From the NCBI GenBank assembly GCA_028344535.1, contig JAOMBK010000005.1, positions 869-64,868 on the forward strand: a stretch of 64,000 nt of DNA. Reading direction: 5' to 3'. Below are positions 27,716 to 35,792 of this stretch, piece by piece. The notes under the pieces were generated by a model that saw only the letters and a program-made list of their open reading frames with translations, did no database searches and had not been told where the DNA came from. The position numbers were made by a program, and so were the translations under genes. How positions within the stretch are numbered: the stretch's first letter is position 1; each line of letters starts with the position of its first letter. The stretch is from Pseudomonadota bacterium (lineage in GTDB: Bacteria; Pseudomonadota; Gammaproteobacteria; Magnimaribacterales; D2472).

Positions 27716-29542
27716 ATGTGTGGAATTATAGGAGCGGCATCATCTCGTAACGTTGGTAAGCTTTTGGTTAAAGGCCTGCACAAGATGGAATATCGTGGCT
27801 ATGATTCTGCTGGGATCGCTCTTCATCAAAAAGACAACATCTTTAACCTAAGAACTTTGGGAAAAGTAAGCTTGCTCGAAGATGGGATGATTGAGCAGCG
27901 TCCCAAAAGCAAACTCGGCATCGCCCATACCCGCTGGGCCACGCATGGCAAACCCTCAGAACAAAATGCTCACCCACATGCATCCAGCGGAGAAGTTCAC
28001 ATTGTTCACAATGGAATCATAGAGAACTATCTTGAGCTAACTGAAAAATTAACCAAAGATGGCTATACGTTTCACTCAGAAACTGACTCTGAGGTAATAG
28101 CGCATTTACTTCATCAACATTTTCAATCTTCTGGTGATTTGCTTATTGCCATGCATGAGGCAATCAAAGAGTTAGATGGGGCTTATGCTATAGCGGCTAT
28201 ACATATTAATGATAAAAACAGACTCATCGTTGCAAGAAATAAAAGCCCGCTCTTAATTGGGGTTGGTTTGGAAGAGAATTTTGCTGCCTCTGATCCATTG
28301 GCTCTTTCACAACTTACCAATGAGTTTGTCTTTCTAGAAGATGGCGATGTTGCTGAAATTACCAAACAGAGCTATCAGGTATTTGATGGTAAAGACTCCC
28401 CAGTGACAAGAGAAATTACCGAAATAGATATAGCAGTTAATGCTGTTACCAAAGGCAATTATTCTCATTTCATGGAGAAAGAGATCTATGAACAACCTGA
28501 AGCGGTTGCCAATACAATTAATGGCAAGCTTGGTGAAGATGATGTATTAGATAATATATTTGGCCTAGGTTCGTCTGAAGTGTTTGGTCAAATTAAAAGG
28601 ATTCAGTTTGTTGCCTGCGGAACCAGTTTGCATGCTGGCAAAGTTGGCAGATTTTGGTTTGAGCAAATAGCAAAAATTCCCTGCTATGTAGATTTTGCCA
28701 GCGAGTATCGATACAGAGAACCGCTTGTTGAAGAGGGCACCTTGTTTGTGACCATCTCACAATCAGGCGAAACAGCAGATACGTTAGCAGCATTAAGGTA
28801 TGCACAAGAAAAAGACTATCTAAGCACTCTGTCAATTTGCAATGTGCCAACGAGCTCATTGGCTCGAGAATCTGAGCATGTTCTCTTTACCAATGCTGGT
28901 CCAGAGATAGGCGTTGCTTCAACCAAAGCATTTACCACTCAGCTTGCAGGACTCATGCTCCTTGCCATGTCCATTGCAAAAAGTCTGGGCGCTGATAAAG
29001 ACCTAAGGAAAAACCTTGCCAGCGAATTAAGATCTTTGCCTAAGGTGATTCAAGAAACATTAAAGCTGTCTGATAACATCATGAGCATAGTTCCGAGTAT
29101 CGCTGACAAACACAACGCATTATTTTTAGGTCGAGGAATGTTTTTTCCTATCGTGCAAGAGGGCGCACTAAAGCTTAAAGAAATTTCATACATTCACGCT
29201 GAAGCCTACCCAGCAGGAGAGCTAAAACACGGACCTTTAGCACTCGTTGACGATCAAATTCCAGTGGTTGCACTATCTCCAGAAAATACCTTAACCGAAA
29301 AGTTGGTTTCTAATCTGGAAGAAGTGAAAGCCAGGGGCGGAACCCTCTATGTATTCGGCGGACCTAACTCTAAAATTAACATCGATAGAGGTGCTTATAT
29401 TCAAATGCCAGAGTGCAGCGAATTACTAGCTCCAATTATTTATACCATTCCCCTTCAAATTCTTGCCTATCAAGTCGCAGTTCAAAGAGGCACAGATCTT
29501 GACCAACCTAGAAACTTAGCCAAGTCAGTCACGGTTGAATAG
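27716..29542 (+). CDS. glmS: glutamine--fructose-6-phosphate aminotransferase
   Basis: 608 aa with MCGIIGA (Ntn Cys), two SIS domains and a C-terminal LAKSVTVE. Confidence 0.95.
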   Translation: MCGIIGAASSRNVGKLLVKGLHKMEYRGYDSAGIALHQKDNIFNLRTLGKVSLLEDGMIEQRPKSKLGIAHTRWATHGKPSEQNAHPHASSGEVHIVHNGIIENYLELTEKLTKDGYTFHSETDSEVIAHLLHQHFQSSGDLLIAMHEAIKELDGAYAIAAIHINDKNRLIVARNKSPLLIGVGLEENFAASDPLALSQLTNEFVFLEDGDVAEITKQSYQVFDGKDSPVTREITEIDIAVNAVTKGNYSHFMEKEIYEQPEAVANTINGKLGEDDVLDNIFGLGSSEVFGQIKRIQFVACGTSLHAGKVGRFWFEQIAKIPCYVDFASEYRYREPLVEEGTLFVTISQSGETADTLAALRYAQEKDYLSTLSICNVPTSSLARESEHVLFTNAGPEIGVASTKAFTTQLAGLMLLAMSIAKSLGADKDLRKNLASELRSLPKVIQETLKLSDNIMSIVPSIADKHNALFLGRGMFFPIVQEGALKLKEISYIHAEAYPAGELKHGPLALVDDQIPVVALSPENTLTEKLVSNLEEVKARGGTLYVFGGPNSKINIDRGAYIQMPECSELLAPIIYTIPLQILAYQVAVQRGTDLDQPRNLAKSVTVE

Positions 29543-29568
29543 TTCTACAGGTGGGGTTTTAAATATAA

Positions 29569-30504
29569 ATGGCAATATTTAACTCGGAACTACAAAACCC
29601 TAATACAAAATTTTTTATCTTAGATACAGGTCGAATCGAGCATAGAGACATCGACTTTGAGATGTATTCGTGGAACAAACACCGATACAATTTAATGAAT
29701 CCGGGTGACCTTTTTATTTATAGAAAACCCCAAAAGGTTTCCGAAAACGGTAAATTTTATTTCTTTGGTGCTGGCAAGATAGAGCAAATCTCCGAGGTTG
29801 CACCTGAAGCATTGAACTTTAAACAATCCGGTGATCTTGAGGCATCTATCTCAAAACCCATATTGTTTGATCAGTTTTTATATCAAGACCAAATCCATCC
29901 CACTGAGTTAAAAGATACAAGAAAAGAAAAAGACGATTCTTGGAATCATTTTTTTAACAATTACGGAATGAATCAAATAGACTCCGATGTTTTTTCCTTT
30001 TTGTTAAGCAAAGGATTGGGCAAGCAACAACAAGTTGATACAGAAACAAATGAGTTGAGAGTTGCTGTCCATAAGCAAGTTCTTCAAAGGAATCATGAGG
30101 TAAGCAACTCTGAAGCAACTGTAAAAACAAGGGGAAAATATCAAAGAATATTTAGAGAGGATATTGTTTTACCAAACTATGATTATGAATGTGCAATTAC
30201 TGGGATTAAGACCCTTTCACTGTTAAGAGCAGCACATATTGTTAGATGGGCAGATAATAAAAAGGAAAGACTGAATCCTCAAAACGGAATATGTTTGTCT
30301 GTTTTAGCAGATGCATGTTTTGAAAAAGGGTTTATTACGATTGACAGTAATTACAAAGTACAGGTGTCCGAAAAAGCAAAGAAAGATCCTGCTTTATTTG
30401 AGGAGATTGCAAGATATGATGGATTAAAAATTAATTTACCAAAATTAAAAGAAAATAGACCTGCAAAAAGATTTCTTCTCGAACATCAAAATAGGGTAAG
30501 TTAA
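29569..30504 (+). CDS. putative modification-dependent (Type IV-like) restriction nuclease: N-terminal PUA/EVE-like domain fused to an HNH_2 nuclease
   Basis: 311 aa. C-terminus CAITG..LLRAAHIVRW..NPQNGICLS..FEKGFITID fits the HNH_2 pattern (C.itg..l.AAHI.P...NG..L...FD.G). The N-terminal ~150 aa (YSWNKHRYNLMNPGDLFIYRK...FFGAGKIEQI) resembles a small beta-barrel reader domain. This architecture call is from memory. Confidence 0.6.
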   Translation: MAIFNSELQNPNTKFFILDTGRIEHRDIDFEMYSWNKHRYNLMNPGDLFIYRKPQKVSENGKFYFFGAGKIEQISEVAPEALNFKQSGDLEASISKPILFDQFLYQDQIHPTELKDTRKEKDDSWNHFFNNYGMNQIDSDVFSFLLSKGLGKQQQVDTETNELRVAVHKQVLQRNHEVSNSEATVKTRGKYQRIFREDIVLPNYDYECAITGIKTLSLLRAAHIVRWADNKKERLNPQNGICLSVLADACFEKGFITIDSNYKVQVSEKAKKDPALFEEIARYDGLKINLPKLKENRPAKRFLLEHQNRVS

Positions 30505-31193
30505 TTAAGATTATTACACCTGACAATTAGTGGGGAATGATCACTAAGATTAATCCAGTCTTCATATTTACCCAATTCAACATAACTTAACTCCAGTGAC
30601 TTTAAATATAAGTAATCAATATGATATTTCTTTGACTTTTGCTTAGTATGAAAAAAAGTTGCTGATTCTTCACAACCAAAATCATCATCAGTATTCGCAT
30701 GATATGCACTAGTAAAACCCAAACTTTCTAAATGAGTGTTTATATTCTGGAAGTTATTCTTATTATTAGGTTTGTCCCAAATAACTGAATTATTGAAATC
30801 TCCCCCAAATACGCATGGCAATCCTCCATCTGACAACCATTCTTTATAGAACTCAATTGCTTTAATTGTTTCACCACTAACATTATCACCAAACTTTTTT
30901 GCTCTGTGGTTGTATGCCCACACTCCAAGTATTTTTAAGTTATCAGACCTAATAGGAAGGAAATTTATTAAATCTTGATTATGAGAAGAATCTAAACAAG
31001 CACCCCCATTTTTTATGAGAATACCTAAACCCTTTTTTTCAATTCTACCTGTCCAAAAAAATTTTGAGTTTGGGAAATAGTCTTCGTTTAGTTTTTCACA
31101 TTCTTGGATAATACAAACATCTGCATCCATGTATTCAATATGCTCATATTTTTTTGCAAAATTCAGGTTGCAGTTCCAAGTAACTATCTTCAT
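30501..31193 (-). CDS. endonuclease/exonuclease/phosphatase (EEP) family protein
   Basis: 230 aa with MKIVTWNCN (EEP N-terminal motif), IIQECE, GGDFN and SDHSPLIV at the C-terminus. Convergent with the HNH gene; both stop codons sit in the palindrome TTAATTAA. Confidence 0.75.
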   Translation of the reverse strand: MKIVTWNCNLNFAKKYEHIEYMDADVCIIQECEKLNEDYFPNSKFFWTGRIEKKGLGILIKNGGACLDSSHNQDLINFLPIRSDNLKILGVWAYNHRAKKFGDNVSGETIKAIEFYKEWLSDGGLPCVFGGDFNNSVIWDKPNNKNNFQNINTHLESLGFTSAYHANTDDDFGCEESATFFHTKQKSKKYHIDYLYLKSLELSYVELGKYEDWINLSDHSPLIVRCNNLN

Positions 31194-31320
31194 TTCACAA
31201 TCTTATCAAAAGTATTCTATTAGAAGAGGGGATACCTCTTTTGTTGTAAAAGGAATATCGTTACGATAGTGATTATGAAGTTGATTTGTAGTAACCGTAA
31301 CAGTGAAGGTAAAGAAACCC

Positions 31321-31366
31321 CACCTGTTAAATATATTCCGTAACGGTAGAGTAATTTCGAACAGTG
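31321..31366 (+). repeat. 46-nt hairpin element, copy 1
   Basis: CACCTGTT...TTCCGTAACGGTAGAGTAATTTCG AACAGTG. The terminal arms are complementary. 33 of 46 positions match copy 3 in an ungapped manual alignment. Confidence 0.7.
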
Positions 31367-31384
31367 CTTTAAAAAGGAAAAATT

Positions 31385-31474
31385 ATGGAAGGCATGGAAT
31401 TAATTGGATTTATTTTTGCGATGATTGTGATAGCAATTGTTATAGAAAAAACAATATCAAACTTCAAAAAATAA
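31385..31474 (+). CDS. 29-aa hydrophobic mini-protein (MEGMELIGFIFAMIVIAIVIEKTISNFKK)
   Basis: The ATG is preceded by AAGGAAAAATT. The product is one TM helix plus a charged tail. The ORF sits exactly between the 3' arm of hairpin copy 1 and the 5' arm of copy 2. Not in the ORF track because it is shorter than 60 aa. Confidence 0.35.
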   Translation: MEGMELIGFIFAMIVIAIVIEKTISNFKK

Positions 31475-31476
31475 TG

Positions 31477-31522
31477 CACTGTTCCAAAACACTCAGTGAC
31501 GGTGGAGTAGTTTCGTTTGCCG
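31477..31522 (+). repeat. 46-nt hairpin element, copy 2 (3' arm degenerate)
   Basis: CACTGTTCCAAAACACTCAGTGACGGTGGAGTAGTTTCG... The first 36 positions match copy 3 at 29 of 36. Its 5' arm GCACTGTTC is complementary to the copy-1 3' arm GAACAGTGC. Confidence 0.65.
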
Positions 31523-31538
31523 AATTAATCCATAGGAT

Positions 31539-31658
31539 ATGAAAGCATTTCTCTATAAATTTTCTATCTTCACAATTTGTAGCTTAGACAATCCCCAAGA
31601 CTTTGAACCAAGTGGCGATATGTATGTTGAAGACATGCTTAACTGGATAAAAACATAA
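31539..31658 (+). CDS. 39-aa mini-ORF (MKAFLYKFSIFTICSLDNPQDFEPSGDMYVEDMLNWIKT)
   Basis: Fills the spacer between hairpin copies 2 and 3. The N-terminus looks like a signal or lipoprotein peptide (..FTIC). No clear SD sequence. Confidence 0.25.
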   Translation: MKAFLYKFSIFTICSLDNPQDFEPSGDMYVEDMLNWIKT

Positions 31659-31670
31659 TGAAAGTTTATT

Positions 31671-31716
31671 CACTGTTTCAATACATTCCGTTACTGTGGA
31701 ATAGTTCACAACAGTG
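31671..31716 (+). repeat. 46-nt hairpin element, copy 3
   Basis: CACTGTTTCAATACATTCCGTTACTGTGGAATAGTTCACAACAGTG. With flanking T31670 and A31717 the outer stem is 8 bp (TCACTGTT/AACAGTGA). Inner stem ATTCC/GGAAT. Confidence 0.7.
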
Positions 31717-31928
31717 ATTAAGTTTATAAAAGAATACTCTTACTCTTTTTTGACCCTATCCTTGATTCTCTTTCTTTTTTTTATAAACACCACCGCAGGA
31801 AATAGATTAAGTTCTTTTGGTGAAATCATGTGTGGCGCATTTTTTGATTTTAGATATGCCGAAAAAATTTGCCGTGATTAAATACCCACTTTTAAATAAA
31901 ATATGAAATCATTTATTTATAAATTTTC

Positions 31929-32384
31929 ATGAAAAAAACAATATTTATAATCCTGTTGTTGTGTCCCCTCTGCAGCTGGGCCCAAGAAAAACTTGATGCC
32001 CTTTTAGATGGTCTTCATCAAGATGCACACGAGGGAAACTTCGAGACCTACTTTGCCCGATACAGCTCTAAGGCTGTTTTTTTAGGGACAGACAAAAAAG
32101 AGCGCTGGACGATAGAGGAGTTCAAAGCCTATGCTAAACCAGCTTTTGCAGACGGCCACGGATGGACCTATGCGGTGGTCGAACGTAACTGGGAGGGAGT
32201 TGGAGATATGCGATGGTTTGATGAAATTCTTCTCAATGAAAAGCTAGGACATTGTAGAGGGACTGGAGTAGTCCAGTTGATAAATGGCGAATGGAAAATA
32301 GTTCACTATGCGTTGACCATGCTTATTCCTAATGCCATAGCTGCAGAGGTGGGCTCTAAGACCAAGGAAATTGAAAAATTATGA
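31929..32384 (+). CDS. NTF2/SnoaL-like fold protein with signal peptide
   Basis: 151 aa with N-terminal signal MKKTIFIILLLCPLCSWAQE. The pattern FLGTDKKERW..GHGWTY..WFDE..GHCRGTGV..GEWKIVHY resembles NTF2-like family proteins. Confidence 0.5.
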   Translation: MKKTIFIILLLCPLCSWAQEKLDALLDGLHQDAHEGNFETYFARYSSKAVFLGTDKKERWTIEEFKAYAKPAFADGHGWTYAVVERNWEGVGDMRWFDEILLNEKLGHCRGTGVVQLINGEWKIVHYALTMLIPNAIAAEVGSKTKEIEKL

Positions 32385-32491
32385 AACCTTTTATATTAGA
32401 TTTAGCTCTAGGCACAGAACTTGAAAATCGTGGCGAGCACCTGCCAAGCTTTAAAACATCTATATGGTCAGCGTATTGCTTATATGCTTGA
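32381..32491 (+). pseudogene. truncated duplicate of the 5' end of the homocysteine S-methyltransferase gene at 33499
   Basis: About 100 nt match 33499-33600 at roughly 88% identity by manual alignment. It encodes MKPFILDLALGTELENRGEHLPSFKTSIWSAYCL and then stops after 36 codons. Its ATG overlaps the upstream gene's stop (ATGA). Confidence 0.8.
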
Positions 32492-32506
32492 TTGGGTTAA
32501 AAGATA

Positions 32507-32794
32507 ATGGAAATAAATTGGGTGATTTTAGGTTGGTTAATTGACATGATTCTTAATGGTTTTGTATGGCTTGTCATCGCAGCAATTTTTCTTTCATTAA
32601 TCGATGTGACTGATAAATGGACAAGAAAAGCTATTAAATGGATGGGTATAGCAGATGACTGGATAAGAAAATTTGTAGATAACTTATTTGAATGGATTCA
32701 AAAGAAGAATCTTAAAATACTCTCTAGCATTATATTGTTAATTATCTTTGGTATTCTTGCTCAACTAGGAATAATACCCAAGCTGATAACTTGA
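32507..32794 (+). CDS. hypothetical small membrane protein
   Basis: 95 aa with two predicted TM segments flanking a W/K-rich amphipathic middle. No family recognised. Confidence 0.45.
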   Translation: MEINWVILGWLIDMILNGFVWLVIAAIFLSLIDVTDKWTRKAIKWMGIADDWIRKFVDNLFEWIQKKNLKILSSIILLIIFGILAQLGIIPKLIT

Positions 32795-32943
32795 TATACA
32801 AATAATCCAATGTTAAAAATTAAAATGATTTCAAATATAATCGGTTAGGGTTGAGTGGTTTATGATTCTTATTCAGCCAACAAAGGCTAGGTCATAAGTA
32901 TTTTTGAATTATAGTTTTATATAAATCAAGATGGTAAATTCAC

Positions 32944-33048
32944 ATGATTGAGATATTATTTTGGAGTTTAGTAGCAGTGACATGGATAACCGTTGGCATG
33001 CATGTAATAAAAGAGTTTATAAGATTTAATAGGAGAAGCGATGATTGA
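32944..33048 (+). CDS. 34-aa single-TM mini-ORF (MIEILFWSLVAVTWITVGMHVIKEFIRFNRRSDD)
   Basis: Manual translation. Its stop overlaps the ATG of the 33041 ORF (GATGATTGA), which suggests translational coupling. May be spurious. Confidence 0.2.
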   Translation: MIEILFWSLVAVTWITVGMHVIKEFIRFNRRSDD

Positions 33049-33451
33049 ACCAAATATGAAAAAACCTAGTCTCTTCAGAAGAGCTGTAATGAAACTTGTG
33101 AGCGGATGGAGAAGGGTAATGGATGTTAGATATAATCCACTTAAGCATATACCTGACCCAAGTCTTCAGACTTACTTTATGTTGGTTCTGTTTACAGTAT
33201 GGAGTGCATTCTTTGGATTCTTGGCAGCAAACTATCTAGGGTTTTTTAATTACAACACAGTCGTAAGTATTGTGATTCATATTTCAATTTTATTACCCTT
33301 AGCATTTACTAATGCAATTTTTGTTGATGCAGAAAGAGATGGCGCACAATGGTTAAAGGAATGGAAGGAAGAACAGTCAAGATACAATATAGTTGTAAAA
33401 AGACTTAAGACAAAAAATTTGGTTATATGGAATCCAAATAAAGAAGCGTAA
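33041..33451 (+). CDS. hypothetical membrane protein
   Basis: 136 aa with a basic N-terminus, two TM helices and a charged C-terminus. SD AGGAGAAG lies upstream. No family recognised. Confidence 0.5.
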   Translation: MIEPNMKKPSLFRRAVMKLVSGWRRVMDVRYNPLKHIPDPSLQTYFMLVLFTVWSAFFGFLAANYLGFFNYNTVVSIVIHISILLPLAFTNAIFVDAERDGAQWLKEWKEEQSRYNIVVKRLKTKNLVIWNPNKEA

Positions 33452-33498
33452 TTGTTTTATAAAAGTTCTATAATCTCGGCCAAATACATAAATCTTAT

Positions 33499-34392
33499 AT
33501 GAAGCCTTTAATATTAGACTCAGCTCTAGGCACAGAGCTTGAAAATCGTGGCGAGTACCTGCCGAGTTTTAAAACCTCAATATGGTCAGCATATTGTTTA
33601 ATACACAATCCAGAAGTTATTAAACAAATACACATTGATAATATAGAAGCTGGCGCAGATGTAATTACTACATCAAATTATCAAGCCACTCCAGAATTGT
33701 TAAAACGTGAGCCTAGCTCTCCCTCATATGAGGATCTAGCAAAACGATCATTAGAATTATGTAAAGAAGCAGTGATTAAAACTGGAACACAAACCAAAAT
33801 TGCAGGTTGCTACCCTCCAATTCATGTTACTTTCAGGCCGGATTTAAGCCCAAATGAAAAAAAATTAAGAAAATTCTATGAGACATTGGGTGAAGTGTAT
33901 AAAGATGAAGTTGATGTAATTATTTGTGAGACCATGGCATCAATTTATGAGGGCACCATTGCCGGATCAACGGCTAAAAATTTTTCTGATAAAGTTTGGT
34001 TAAGCTGGACAACAAGAAGCAATAAACTTAATAGACTGCCAAGCACCGAGTTGTTGGATCTTGCAATTAGCGAGGGTCTTAAATTAGATGTTGATTGCCA
34101 GCTGGTCAATTGCGTGCATGCAGATACTGCAAGCATGGCAATTGAAAAGTTAAAAAAAGAAAAAAAGTTTGGGATATATGCAAATTCTTCTATATACAGA
34201 AAAAATAAACTTGAGGGTTTTGTTAGTGATTCTGATGAGTGGCATTATCACAATCATCAACCAATCACTCCTGTTGATTACAAAGATTTTGTGAGGGAGT
34301 GGATTGACAATGGAGCGTCTGTTATTGGTGGATGTTGCAGAACCACAACCGAGCACATAAAAGAAATAAAAAAAGTTGTGGACCAATTATGA
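33499..34392 (+). CDS. homocysteine S-methyltransferase family protein (MmuM-like)
   Basis: 297 aa with LDSALGTELE at the N-terminus, ICETM, and the C-terminal Zn-site motif IGGCCRTTTEHI. Confidence 0.8.
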   Translation: MKPLILDSALGTELENRGEYLPSFKTSIWSAYCLIHNPEVIKQIHIDNIEAGADVITTSNYQATPELLKREPSSPSYEDLAKRSLELCKEAVIKTGTQTKIAGCYPPIHVTFRPDLSPNEKKLRKFYETLGEVYKDEVDVIICETMASIYEGTIAGSTAKNFSDKVWLSWTTRSNKLNRLPSTELLDLAISEGLKLDVDCQLVNCVHADTASMAIEKLKKEKKFGIYANSSIYRKNKLEGFVSDSDEWHYHNHQPITPVDYKDFVREWIDNGASVIGGCCRTTTEHIKEIKKVVDQL

Positions 34393-34754
34393 ATTGGTAC
34401 TTAGCTACAGGAGCGCTGATTTCTTTATTTGGAATGTTGTTTCATGGAGTAGTTGGCCAAAAAATATATATGGGCAATATTTATAAAAGTGAAATGGAGG
34501 AATTAACCAAATCTTTAAGTTTGGTTTCTTGGCATGTTTTTACAATCTTCCTTTTTGTCAGCTCCTTAACTTTATTTTTTATAGCCTATAATTCAGAATT
34601 TGCCATGGCCGCCTATCCAATCATTGGAGTTAATCTTTTAGGCTCTCTTCTATTTATTTTACTTGGACTGGGAAAGCACAAGGCCTTACTAAAAATGCCG
34701 GGAGCATACTTGATGGGAAGCACCGCTCTATTTGCCTGGTTGGGTATTTTATAG
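34389..34754 (+). CDS. hypothetical 4-TM membrane protein
   Basis: 121 aa starting at MNWYLATGAL. ATGA overlap with the upstream stop. The track start at 34332 lies inside the methyltransferase gene. Confidence 0.5.
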   Translation: MNWYLATGALISLFGMLFHGVVGQKIYMGNIYKSEMEELTKSLSLVSWHVFTIFLFVSSLTLFFIAYNSEFAMAAYPIIGVNLLGSLLFILLGLGKHKALLKMPGAYLMGSTALFAWLGIL

Positions 34755-34781
34755 ATCTTCAATCTTTCAATAGGCTGATAG

Positions 34782-35255
34782 ATGAAAAATCTAAATATTG
34801 TTTCCTTTAATAAAAAATATAAAGCAGATTTTGAAAAACTTAATCGCGAATGGATTGAGGAATTTTTTCAAATGGAAGATGAAGATTTTTATACCTTACA
34901 AAATCCCGAGTCTTATGTAATAGAAAAGAATGGTGAAATTTTTTTTGCTCTATATGATCAAAAAGTAATAGGAACAGCGGCAATGATACCTTTTTCGGAT
35001 GGTGTATTTGAGCTGGCAAAAATGGCAGTTATGAAAAGTTTTCAGGGAAGGGGAGTTGGCAAATTATTATTAAAGAGATGTATTCTGTTTGCACAAGAAA
35101 GACAGGCAGATGAAATTTTTCTTTTAACCAATGATGTTTTAAAGCCCGCCCTTAATCTTTATTTATCTTGCGGATTTAAAATAAGAGATAAGTATGATGA
35201 TAAGAGATACAAAAGAGGCAATACTAAAATGACTTTAATGTTCAAAGATCAATAA
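34782..35255 (+). CDS. GNAT family N-acetyltransferase
   Basis: 157 aa with acetyl-CoA motif A, FQGRGVGKLLL. Confidence 0.8.
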   Translation: MKNLNIVSFNKKYKADFEKLNREWIEEFFQMEDEDFYTLQNPESYVIEKNGEIFFALYDQKVIGTAAMIPFSDGVFELAKMAVMKSFQGRGVGKLLLKRCILFAQERQADEIFLLTNDVLKPALNLYLSCGFKIRDKYDDKRYKRGNTKMTLMFKDQ

Positions 35256-35258
35256 TTT

Positions 35259-35792
35259 ATGAAAGAGTTCAAGAATCTAATTGTATTAGGACCACTAATA
35301 TACGCACTGCATCATTTTGAGGAGCACGTAATTTTTAATTTTAGAGATTGGCGTCTTGCCTACTTTGCTAATAATAATCCTATTCCCACAGAAGAGGTGC
35401 TCATTAGACTTATAGCACTTCTTTTAATTTTTGTTTTTGTTCATTTGATAAAAAATAATCGAGGCAGCGCCCACATAGTCTTGTTTTTTTTAATGACAAC
35501 TCAGGTGGTGAATGCATTTTTTCATATATTTTTCAGCTTCTACTTTTATGACTTTAGCCCAGGAGCCATCACTGCAGTATTGCTATATTTGCCTATTAAT
35601 TTCTTAATTATTAGGTCTGCATTCCAAGAAGGGTTTTTAAGAAGCTATCTTGAGTTATGCCTGCTTTTTGTTGCTGGCATCACCACTTTTGCTTTGTTTG
35701 AATTAATTGGCCCACAAGTTATCGCTTACAGCGTTTTGCTAACTCCAATTTATTACATCATGATGAATAGGGTGGAATCAGTAAAAAATTAA
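35259..35792 (+). CDS. HXXEE domain-containing membrane protein
   Basis: 177 aa with ALHHFEEHV near the N-terminus and multiple TM segments. Confidence 0.6.
   Translation: MKEFKNLIVLGPLIYALHHFEEHVIFNFRDWRLAYFANNNPIPTEEVLIRLIALLLIFVFVHLIKNNRGSAHIVLFFLMTTQVVNAFFHIFFSFYFYDFSPGAITAVLLYLPINFLIIRSAFQEGFLRSYLELCLLFVAGITTFALFELIGPQVIAYSVLLTPIYYIMMNRVESVKN

Noticed and set aside
31303-31542. 79-aa ORF from the track (GTG start) spanning the repeat region
   Set aside because: It reads straight through hairpin copies 1 and 2, and overlaps the better-supported 29-aa ORF in another frame. It has no SD sequence, and its Cys/Asn/Lys-rich composition looks like translated non-coding DNA.
31321-31716. Possible CRISPR array formed by the three 46-nt repeats
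   Set aside because: The copies are only ~70-80% identical and the spacing is irregular (156 and 194 nt start to start). The spacers hold SD-led mini-ORFs, each repeat is itself a long hairpin, and no cas genes are in the window.
29543-31928. Intact Tn7-like element at the glmS attachment site
   Set aside because: There are no tnsABCDE-like genes and no transposase or integrase of any kind. No TGT...ACA terminal inverted repeats flank the cargo. The resemblance of the hairpin core (AATAGTT..AAC) to TnsB sites is weak. At most this is an ancient remnant or a hot-spot effect.
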